Below are positions 19,825 through 29,800 of a DNA stretch of 64,000 nt, in pieces. Source of the stretch: Candidatus Cloacimonadales bacterium (GTDB taxonomy: Bacteria > Cloacimonadota > Cloacimonadia > Cloacimonadales > JAFGVF01). Under the pieces are notes generated by a model. The model saw only the letters and a list, made by a program, of their open reading frames with translations, had not been told where the DNA came from and made no database searches. The stretch spans positions 922,042 to 986,041 of the forward strand of contig CAXXOU010000001.1 of assembly GCA_963677495.2 (NCBI GenBank), written 5' to 3'. Both the position numbers and the translations under genes were made by a program. Numbering within the stretch: the stretch's first letter is position 1; every line of letters starts with the position of its first letter.

Positions 19825-21269
19825 AACTAAATATCGATTTACATAATTTAAGTGATATTTTCCCAGCTGAGTTTACACCTGAACAGAAAGCAAAAGCACA
19901 AACTCTATTCTTAAAGAAGTTATCTGAGAAAGCTCATTATTTCTATAATGGTAAGATGCAAACTCTCCCTAAAGCCGGTGTTTGGGGTTTTAACTGGTTC
20001 AATGTCTGGTACACACCGGGAGTTTCAAAAGTCTCTACTAGCATTAGAGATGATAATTACTCATCTTTCAAGCTGTCTAACCGTAGTAATCTTGTTGCAG
20101 TAGTAAGCGATTCAACCCGTGTTCTCGGTGATGGTGATTGTACGCCTCCCGGTGGCCTTGGTGTGATGGAAGGCAAAGCCTTTCTCATGAAATACCTTGG
20201 AGGTGTGGACGCTGTTGCCCTTTGCATAGATAATAGAGATGATGAAGGCAATCCGGATCCGCAGAAAATTATAGACTTTGTAAAGATGCTTCAGCCATCT
20301 TTTGGTGCTGTGAACCTGGAAGATATTTCTCAACCCAATTGCTACAAAGTATTAGACACTCTCAGAAAGGATTGCAGTATCCCTGTTTGGCATGATGACG
20401 CACAAGGTACTGCGTGTGTGACTCTAGCCGGGGTCATCAATGCACTAAAACTGGCTGATAAGCCCATAAACAGTGTAAAGACAGTTCTGTATGGGTGTGG
20501 AGCTTCAAACTCAACAATTGCCCGTTTTCTTATGAAAGCAGGTTTACCGGGTGAGAATATAATTCTATTTGATTCTAAGGGAACGCTTCATAAAGAAAGA
20601 AAAGACTTAGAAAGCAATCTCGGAAGCTATAAACAGTGGGATTTAGCGTGTAATACAAATCCAAACATGATTACAGATGTGCAAGAAGCTTTCAAAGATG
20701 CTGATGTTCTGATTGCTCTTTCCAAGCCCGGTCCTGATACTATCAAACCGGAGTGGATTAAGCTTATGAATGACAAACCCATCGTCTTTGTTTGTGCTAA
20801 TCCTGTCCCTGAGATTTATCCTTACTCTGCAAAAGAAGCCGGTGCATTCATTGTTGCTACGGGTAGAGGTGATTTCCCAAACCAGATTAATAACTCTCTT
20901 GGTTTTCCGGGGATTCTAAAGGGAGCATTACTAACAGAAGCTAAAGAGATTACTGATAATATGGCTATCAGAGCTGCTTATTCATTAGCGGAATATGCAG
21001 AACAACGCGGTATTACTCCGGATAACATTGTTCCAACAATGGAGGAGACAGAAGTATTCCCTAAAGAAGCAGCAGATGTTGCTATGCAAGCTATTGAAGA
21101 TGGTGTAGCCAGACATAATCTTACTTGGCAGGAAGCCTATGACCTGGCAAAAGAGGGAATCGAGAATGCTCGGAATTCTACTCATATGTTACTCGAGAAT
21201 GACCTAATAAAGAGCCCTCCTCCAGAGATGCTGGAAGAAGCATTGGAATGGACGCTAAAACAGTTTTAA
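19821..21269 (+). CDS. NAD(P)-dependent malic enzyme
   Basis: YTPGV, VMEGKA, VNLEDISQP, VWHDDAQGTA, GCGAS, ANPVPEI, ATGRGDFPNQINNSLGFPG. Confidence 0.93.
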   Translation: MKLNIDLHNLSDIFPAEFTPEQKAKAQTLFLKKLSEKAHYFYNGKMQTLPKAGVWGFNWFNVWYTPGVSKVSTSIRDDNYSSFKLSNRSNLVAVVSDSTRVLGDGDCTPPGGLGVMEGKAFLMKYLGGVDAVALCIDNRDDEGNPDPQKIIDFVKMLQPSFGAVNLEDISQPNCYKVLDTLRKDCSIPVWHDDAQGTACVTLAGVINALKLADKPINSVKTVLYGCGASNSTIARFLMKAGLPGENIILFDSKGTLHKERKDLESNLGSYKQWDLACNTNPNMITDVQEAFKDADVLIALSKPGPDTIKPEWIKLMNDKPIVFVCANPVPEIYPYSAKEAGAFIVATGRGDFPNQINNSLGFPGILKGALLTEAKEITDNMAIRAAYSLAEYAEQRGITPDNIVPTMEETEVFPKEAADVAMQAIEDGVARHNLTWQEAYDLAKEGIENARNSTHMLLENDLIKSPPPEMLEEALEWTLKQF

Positions 21270-21279
21270 ATAAAGCATT

Positions 21280-21308
21280 AATGGGACACAATCTTTTGTG
21301 TCCCATTT
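21280..21308 (+). terminator. Intrinsic terminator
   Basis: AATGGGACACAA-TCT-TTGTGTCCCATTT. Confidence 0.75.
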
Positions 21309-21436
21309 ATATATATAGTGTATAGCTCTAGTTGTATCAATCAATTTGCTACTCAAATTTTCAATTGAACCCGAAATGAACCTTCTGCTTCCCTTCCAGT
21401 CCCGTGCCTACGACAAGTTTTCCATTAATATTTAAG

Positions 21437-21457
21437 TTATCCACATGATGTGGATAA
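21437..21457. promoter_or_regulatory. Inverted pair of perfect DnaA boxes
   Basis: TTATCCACA-TGA-TGTGGATAA. Confidence 0.55.
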
Positions 21458-21599
21458 ATCGAGGCGTTCCACGAGAGGGTCACGAGAGGGTCACCTGTGG
21501 GTAACCTTTGAAACACCTTTTTTAGTCACGGAACCAGAAGGGATGCAGAAGGGCAAATTTTGGAAAATTGTTAGTGGGAAATTGTTAGCTGGAGTCAAA

Positions 21600-22080
21600 G
21601 CGACGGAATGGGAGTTGGACTCATAGCGAAATATGGCAATATTCTACCTTTCGAATGGTCCTTAGACCTTCGAAATGGTGCTCTTGGACATTCCCCTCTT
21701 GTAGAGGGGTACCGTTTTAACGGTGGGGTGTTTCTTCCTACGAAGTGCACCATTTGCAAGGTTTTCAACCATTCCAAAGGTATAGGTTACTGATGGTATT
21801 TTCATAGCCCCATGCGACTTGTCGCTTGGGGTCAAAGTTCAAGGCCAAGATTAGCCCTGAAGGGGTGTCGAATTACCTAAGATGTTAATCTTACGCCCCT
21901 TTAGGGCTACATCTTTTTAGATTACGTTTACCACATGCCAAAGCATGTGGCTATTGAACAGACGCCTTTTCAAGGCTAAAAACAAGCTGAAGGAGTTTTG
22001 AGCAATTGAGGGCACTCGCACTACATTGTACTGCGACTCTCCTGAGTTGCTGTGACGACAGAGTCGTCAGCTTCCACTGA
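21600..22080. repeat. Hairpin-repeat cluster including family A copy 3 (21804-21978)
   Basis: ATAGCCCCATGCGACTTGTCGCTTGGGG...CCACATGCCAAAGCATGTGGCTATTG..GACGCCTTTTCAAGGCTA, uninterrupted here. Also family B modules (21646-21685, 21742-21782) and GAATGGGAGTTGG, shared with 25159. Confidence 0.82.
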
Positions 22081-22146
22081 CCGTAATTTAGAATATTACA
22101 GTCCAAGTATGTGCTCTACAGCTGTCATCTCTTCAGTCAATACTAA

Positions 22147-22383
22147 TTTCAGTACACGATAAGCTACAATATAGCAAAAGAAACTGATGTTAAAATCGAT
22201 ATCTATAACATCCGTGGACAGAGAGTTACAACCCTTGTTAATGATCATCATCAACCGGGTTATCACTCAATTGAATGGAGTGGTAAAGACAGTAATAATA
22301 AATCAGTAGCTTCAGGTATCTATTTCTATCGCATGAAAACAAACGACAAAGTCTTGACAAAGAAAATGATGCTACTCAAATAA
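22147..22383 (+). pseudogene. Orphan 3' fragment encoding a T9SS/FlgD-type CTD, no start codon (not in ORF track)
   Basis: Reads TISYNIAKETDVKIDIYNIRGQRVTTLVNDHHQPGYHSIEWSGKDSNNKSVASGIYFYRMKTNDKVLTKKMMLLK*. In-frame TAA immediately upstream (22144). The NYPNPFNP start of the domain is missing. Confidence 0.88.
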
Positions 22384-22608
22384 ACCTTTAGAATGGTCTT
22401 TAGACCTTCTAAATGGTTGATTAGATATTAATATGGGTAGGCTTCACCTTCACATAAGTTATGGTGAACAAGTTGCCTGCCCTTTTGTTTATCCTTGCAC
22501 CGAATCGAACAAGTTTTCTTGTGAGTTTGGGGTGAGGATAATTGTTTAACAGAGTCTCATTCTCGACCCATACTTTGCTACGGTTCAAGTCTGAGAAAAG
22601 CAGGTGCC

Positions 22609-25035
22609 ATGAAAAAATTATTGTTGGTTTTATTTATAATTTTAATCGTAAGAGTTGCTATCCGGGCAAACACAATTACTGTTTCCTTAGATGGTTCACA
22701 AGATCTAACTTCTATCCAATTAGCAGTAGATTGTGCTGCTGATGGTGATACGATATTAGTTCACCCAGGGCGATATCTTGAGCATGTCGATATTGTTGAT
22801 AAATCAATTACAGTTATGAGTCTGTACGAATTTACCGGAAATCCATCAGATATTAGTAATACAATTATTGACCCTAATTTTCAATCGAATGGATTTAGAG
22901 TTGATGAGGGAGCAGATGTAAGTATAAATGGTTTCTTAATAGAGAATGGAGTAGGTTGGGGTAATTCACATCCGTACATCTATGGTGGAGGAATTTCAGT
23001 ATTTGGTAGTTCAATATGCATATCTAATTGCGTTATTCAGAAATGTACTTCTATAAACACTGGTGGCATAGGTGTTTATAATGAAAGTTTTGCAGAGTTT
23101 TCTTCTAACATCATAAGAGATAATAGAGCTCTTCATCAAGGTGGAGGTATTGGTGCTAGCTATGGCTCAACCCTTTATTTTGATCCTGATAACCTAAACA
23201 GTGTATATAACAATTATGGAGATGTTCAGGATATATATCTATTTAATTCTACTAGTAATAATATTGCTTAAGATACATTGAGTGTAGATTTAGATGCACC
23301 TGATGGCTACTTTGTTATGCACTACTCTGGTTTGAATGCAACACAACTTTCAGTATCGACTCAGAACAGCTATTGGGAGCAGTTAGATTCAAACCTTTAT
23401 GTTTCACCCTTGGGTGATGATAATAATGATGGATTAACACCTGAGACAGCACTACAAACTATTGCATTTGCTACAAGGCTGATACAACCTAATGAGCAGA
23501 ATCCAAATACTGTATTTATTCTACCGGGGACATATAGTAAGGAGCTGAATAATCAAATCTTTCCAATTGCAGTTCAATCAAATACTAAACTCTTAGGAAG
23601 TGGTAATCAACCCACTGAGGTAACTATTGGAGATGAATGGGCACTTAACACAATCGCTATTCGATACGCTTCAAATGTTGAAGTTGGTAATTTAAAGATG
23701 ATTAGAAATAACCAAGAGGATGAGTATAACATGCTTGTTTCAAGGAGTGAAGATATTTCTATCCGTGATATCGATTTTGGTGACTTTCATTCTGATAGAC
23801 CCGGGATATTAGTACATTTATCAGATACAATAGATGTCAATAATTGTAGTTTTAGAAACATAACCGGATATAATGGAGAGTTTACTTGCCTTAGAACATA
23901 TGAAAGTACTGTGATAATAAACAATATAGTACTAACAAACAATAATAGCTCTTCTATAAATGGACATGTTTCTATTATAGATTTTGATGATTCTCCTATT
24001 ACCGCTAACAATATTGTTATTGCTAATAATACACACAATAGTCCGGGAGTGATGTTTCAATATGGCAATATTGAAGATAGTGGGCTAAATGGAAGTTTAG
24101 AGTTGTCAAATATGTTAATGTATAACAACTTATCTACGAGTAACACTTTACCAATGATGATCATTATGAACAATTATGAGCACAACTACTTGAATAATGT
24201 GACAATTGCAATGAACAATGGCAGTTTAAGCGTTTTAAGGATAGCTGGGGATTTCACAATTCGTAATAGCATTTTGTATAATCATGAAAGTCCACGTGAA
24301 ATTGAAGTTTGGGATAATTTTGCAGGAGACCCAAACCCGATATACTCTAATATAGATATAGATTATAGCTTAATCAGAAATGGAGAATCAGAGATAATAG
24401 GGTTCGACAATGAGCATAATACTCTTACTTGGGGGAATCACAACATTGATACAGACCCACTTTTCCGTGGTGATGTCCATGGTGATGTGGAACTCGAAGA
24501 TATAAGATGGGTGCAACTGACACAAGGTTCACCCTGCGTGAATGCGGGAACACCTGATACACTTGGGATGAACTTACCAACTGTAGATATTGCAGGAAAT
24601 CCGAGAGTATGGGATAACATAATCGATATGGGTGCTTATGAATATAATCCCACTCCGAATAGTGATGAAACTGCTCCAAGACCACCTGCAACGATACAGG
24701 TGTCTCATTTCCCTAATCCTGTTACACCTAATGACAATAACGGGAAAGTAGCATTCATTGAGTTTACATTACCCAAGAAACCGATAGAGAAACCTACCTT
24801 AGAGATATTCAATATCAAAGGTCAGAAGGTAAGGGATCTGAAGATAACCCAGAGTTTCTCACAGCTTGTGAGAAGTGCAGGATTATCATCAGAAGATAAG
24901 CAAACAGGAGAACATTACTCAAAGATATGGGATTGTAAGGATAATAATCGTAAGATAGTAGCATCGGGGATATACTTTTATAAGGTAAGTTGTGAGGGGG
25001 AAGAAGCAATTGGCAGAATGATGGTGATCAAATAA
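22609..25035 (+). pseudogene. Paralog of 6855-9287 interrupted by one in-frame TAA (23269-23271)
   Basis: Track ORFs 22609-23271 and 23278-25035 are in the same frame. NNIA*DTLSV aligns to STIYLDTLSL of the paralog. The joined length is 808 codons versus 810 aa. Confidence 0.88.
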
Positions 25036-25059
25036 CCAAATAGTTATTTGTAATGAAGA

Positions 25060-25535
25060 ATTAAGAATGATTAATTAAGAATTAGGAAGGTTTCACCTTG
25101 AACGATACCGATCAAGGGTGATCGGTGTATAGGTAACCATAGCTGTCACCATAGCGGCCGAATGGGAGTTGGGTGAATAGCGGAAATGTAGCATAATTCA
25201 TCACTATGAGTCCAACTTATTTCAGATTTAGAAAAGAAGTCCATTTTCGCTCGTAAACTTCACTCTGACAAACTCCTTTTCTAAACCTGAAACTCGCTAT
25301 GACTCCAATGATGAAAGAGATTGCTTCGAAGTGCACCATTTGCAAGGTCTGCGACCATTCCAAAGGTACAGATTGCTGGGTTTCGTCCTCGCCCCACACT
25401 ACGTTGCGGTGCAAGTCCTGGGGCTGTAGGTCTACTCCAAGCGAGATAAGGCTAAGTATAGTTGTGTGACAAGACGCACCTACATCAGTCTTCGCTAAAA
25501 GCTACGCCCTGACAAGCAGTTGGTGCACTCCATAA
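25060..25535. repeat. Cluster of mixed short hairpin repeats
   Basis: Same modules as 9290-9785 and 21600-21790, plus AATTAAG-like heptamers at 25058-25086 and ACCGATCA-AGGG-TGATCGGT. Confidence 0.75.
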
Positions 25536-25725
25536 AAAAGTAATCTAACTATACCATATTAATCTTAACAATAATTTTAAATAGCTCTAAATATGCATGA
25601 CAAGCCGGATTGTTAAGATTCGGAAGTATACCTTAACAATTTCAATTGACAGTATTTTCCTTATAAACACAGACTGAATGTTGCGCCTAAGTAAAAAGCG
25701 TACTAAAGAGTAAACAGGAGAAGCG

Positions 25726-26559
25726 ATGGGTGGAATAGTTTTTTTTAAGACTGCGATGTTCGAAGTCTTAAGAGATTTTTACCTTAATACAGTTGGTTGT
25801 ACTGTCTGGCTAGAGCAGCCTAACATCTGCATTGTCAGACATGGAAACCAGATAATCGGGATTTGCGGAAGCGATAGAGCCGATTCGGATATGCTATTAA
25901 CATTCTTTTACACATCGAGGGAGGAAGTTGATCAAATAGCTTCTAAACTTGAACCCATTAACACACCACAATACAATCCGAGTTATGATATTTATCACTT
26001 CTACTGCTATGATCCTGAGGGTAGAAAAATTGAGTTCCAGACATTCGAACATCCTGTTAAGCCCTATTATAATGGAACTGATCTGCTTAGAGAGCGGAGA
26101 AGTTATCGTAGTTTCACCGATGCCTCTGTTCCTTCAGAGGTATTGAATAGTGTATTTGAGGAATGTCGATTTTCACCAACAAGCAGGAACTGTGAATCTT
26201 ATTACTATGTAGTTGTTAGAAACAGTTCCGCAATTTCCAAACTTGCCGGGATTAGGGGATCTGCATCTGCACCACTTGGAAAAGCAGGAGTTGTGATTGC
26301 TACAGTTACTAACTCTGAGAAAACAAGTAGAGTAACGCAAGACGCAGATATAGCCGGGTGCTATCTTCTCTTAGCCCTTGAAAACAACGGGCTGTCCGGT
26401 TGCTGGATAACAGATATGGACCGGACTGAGGTAAAAGCCTTGTTGGATATACCTCAGTCTCATCATATCTCCATGCTGACTCCGGTTGGTTATTCCGATC
26501 AAAAGTTATCGGAACCCAATAGAAGAAAAGTAGCAGAGTTTGTGAAATATGTCGATTAA
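25726..26559 (+). CDS. VOC/glyoxalase-like domain fused to a nitroreductase domain
   Basis: N-terminal half has FY....G.....and HFYCYDPEGRKIEFQ. C-terminal half has RRSYRSF, SPTSRN, LLLA....GLSGCWI, PVGY. AGGAG RBS. Confidence 0.82.
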   Translation: MGGIVFFKTAMFEVLRDFYLNTVGCTVWLEQPNICIVRHGNQIIGICGSDRADSDMLLTFFYTSREEVDQIASKLEPINTPQYNPSYDIYHFYCYDPEGRKIEFQTFEHPVKPYYNGTDLLRERRSYRSFTDASVPSEVLNSVFEECRFSPTSRNCESYYYVVVRNSSAISKLAGIRGSASAPLGKAGVVIATVTNSEKTSRVTQDADIAGCYLLLALENNGLSGCWITDMDRTEVKALLDIPQSHHISMLTPVGYSDQKLSEPNRRKVAEFVKYVD

Positions 26560-26822
26560 GTTTTGTTAAGGAATTGTGAGCTATAATGAGTTTTTATTCT
26601 ATTGAACTACATGCAATTATGATTAACTTAAACTTAACTGCAAGTTGCTTGACATCAAGTGTTCGAAGGAATTCCTTTAGGATGCTGTAGAATTTGATTA
26701 ATGAAGTGATGTAGAGTCTGTCTTATTGAAGGCAAACAAAATTGTTATCGATATTAAGTAACCGAGTAATCGGTTTTAAACATGAAATAAATAATCACTA
26801 AAAAAGGAGAGGAGCAAAACAA

Positions 26823-29800
26823 ATGAGAAAAATAATTCTTACTTTTGCAATTCTTGTATTCAGTTTAGTCCTGTTTGCTGACTTTACTGAGAATTTTGAC
26901 GGTTGGAGTGATGGCTCTTATGCCGGTGTTGTAACATATGAACACACGGGTGTGGGTCATTGGGAAAACAATAATGCTATGGTGCATTCTACTTATGCAC
27001 GTTCCGGCAACGCAGTTAGATTTAATGATGATTCAAGTTCTACTATGGAATACCTTCTTTTCAAAGGTTTGGATGGAAACGGTAAAGATGGTGGTATTGG
27101 AACTATCTCATTCTGGTACAGACATTGGGACGGAAACGTTCCAAGTGAACCTATCGAGTTTATCGTAGAATATCAAGTAGGTGGAACAACAGGCGATTGG
27201 ACTGCAATCGGTTCATCTGTAAATGTTACTTCAACTACTTATACTGAGTACTCAGAAACAGCTAATATCTCAGGAGATGATATCTTCTTCAGAGTTAGAA
27301 ATATTCAAGATAAAGAAAGACTTCTTATCGATGATATGACTGTTACTGATTACAGTGGTGGTGCTGTTACTACTCCTGTGATTTCAGGTATCTCTAATAC
27401 ACCTACAACTCCTTCACCAAGTGAAGATGTAGTTGTAAGTGCTACTATTACTGATGACGGCACAATTAATTCAGCAGTTATCAACTGGGGACTTACTACA
27501 GGTTCTTTAACTAATAATGTTACTATGTCTATCGACTCAGGTGATGTATATGTTGGTACAATCCCTGCTCAAGCTGATGGAGCTACAGTTTATTATACAA
27601 TCACTGCAACTGATAATGACAGTAATGCAGAAACAAGCTCAGAGAGAAGCTATGATGTTGTACTACCAATAGTTGCAACTCCTTACTTCACTCCTGGTGC
27701 CGGTATTTATAGTGAAACACAATCTGTTGAGATTCTTTGCTCAACAGTTGGTGCTTCAATCTATTATACAACTGACGGTTCTGAACCAACAGATGCATCT
27801 ACACTTTATACTGTAGCTTTATCAATCGATGCAACTACTACAGTAAAAGCAAAAGCTTATATGACTGGCTACGGACCAAGTGCTGTTGCAGAAGCTCTTT
27901 ATGACTTCGCAGTTGCCGGTCCTGCTAATATCTATATCAGTGAATACATTGAAGGTTCTTCAAACAATAAAGCTATTGAAATCTATAATGCCGGTGATAC
28001 AGATGTGAACCTTGGTTTCGTAGAGTTCTGGCGTATTTCGAATGGTGGCGACTGGGCTGTTGAAGGTTCAGGTAACGCTGTTACTTTATCCGGTACATTA
28101 GCACCGGGAGATGTTTATGTTGTTTGTAACTCAAGTGCAAGTGCAGAGATTCAAGCACTTTCAGACTTAGTTGGAACTTCTGTTTGTTACTTTAATGGTG
28201 ACGATGCAATGGGTCTTGTGTACAATGGCACTCTCGTTGATGTTGTTGGTGATGAAGGTGCAGACCCGGGTTCAGGTTGGGATGTTGCAGGTGAAACTGA
28301 TGCAACTGCAAATCATACACTTCTTCGTAAAACTACCGGTGCAGCTACCACTGATTGGGCAGCTTCATCAGGTACTAATGCTACAGATTCACAGTGGACT
28401 GTTATGGCAAATGATGATATTTCTAATCTTGGTCAGCCAACACCTCCACCGGCAGCTAACCCAGCTCCAGTGATTGCTAACATAGCTCACACTCCTGAAA
28501 CACCGGAAGCTACAGATATTGTTACAGTTACTGCTGACATTACAGATGATGATGGTTTAACTTCTGCTACTCTTAACTGGGGACTTGCATCTGATGCAAT
28601 GACTAATAATGTTGCTATGACTCTTTCAAGAGATGCTTATGAAGGTAACATTCCTGCCCAAGTTGGAGGAACTACTGTATATTATGAAATCGTTGCTATT
28701 GATGCTAATGCAGAACCTGCAACAACTACAAGCGCAACTTATGACTACACTGTTGTTAATATTGTAAATGTAGCTGATATTGCTACTCTTAGAGCAGGTT
28801 CTACAGATGGTACTATCTACTGCCTTACAGGTGAAGCTGTTCTTACTTATCAGCAATCATATCGTGGACAGAAATTTGTTCAGGATGCTACTGCAGGTAT
28901 CCTCATTGATGATAACAGTGGAAATATAACAACAACTTATAACATTTATGATGGAATTACAGGTCTTTGTGGTACACTCAACGAGTATGGTGGAATGCTT
29001 CAGTTTATTCCTGTTGCTGACCCTGGTGCTGCTTCAAACACAGGTCTTTCAATTACTCCTGTTGTTGTAACACTTGCAGACCTTACAGCTAACTTCGAAA
29101 CATACGAAGCACAGGTTGTAACAGTTAATGACCTTACTTTCGGTGAGACAGGTAACTTTGCTAATGGTACTGTTTACACACTTTCTGATGGTACAGATAG
29201 CTATAACTTCCGTACATCTTTCTATGATGTAGATTACATCGGAACAGCTATTCCTTCAGGAACAGTTTCTATTTCAGGTATTATGAATTCCCGTAACGAT
29301 GGTGAATATATCTCTGCTAGAGATGCAGCAGATATCGTAACTGCAACTGTTCCTGTAGTAGCAACACCAACATTCAACCCTGCAGCAGGTACTTATGCAA
29401 CTGCTCAGAGTGTTGAGATTCTTTGTGCTACTGCCGGTGCTTCTATCTATTATACAACAGATGGAACAGATCCTGATGAAACTTCTACTATGTATACAGT
29501 AGCTATCGATGTTACTGAAACAACAACTATCAGAGCTAAAGCATACCTTGTTGATTATACTGCAAGTGATATCGCTGAAGCTGTTTATACAATCGAAGCT
29601 ATCGTAGCTCCAAACATCTATATTAGTGAGTATATCGAAGGTTCTTCAAGTAACAAAGCTTTCGAAATCTATAATGCTGATACAGTTCCTGTAGACCTTT
29701 CAATGGTTCAGGTATGGCGTATATCTAACGGTGGTGACTGGTCTGAAGGTGCTAGCAATGGAACAACATTAGTTGGTACACTTAATCCGGGTGAAGTTTG

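Noticed and set aside
21437..21457. Replication origin (oriC)
   Set aside because: Only two boxes, no evident unwinding element, and no dnaA, dnaN or gidA context.
23269..23271. Stop-codon reassignment or programmed readthrough
   Set aside because: TAA terminates many clear genes here and the aligned residue is Leu (TTA), so a point change is the simpler explanation.
22609..25035. Two separate genes, as in the ORF track
   Set aside because: They share one frame and are collinear with the single 810-aa paralog.
6855..25035. Diversity-generating retroelement (TR/VR pair) between the paralog 3' ends
   Set aside because: Differences are mostly synonymous third-position changes, not adenine-specific, and there is no reverse transcriptase in the window.
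26730..26780. c-di-GMP-I riboswitch suggested by GGCAAAC upstream of the giant LTD gene
   Set aside because: The GNRA-capped P2 stem and the downstream GCAAA/P3 elements are not present.
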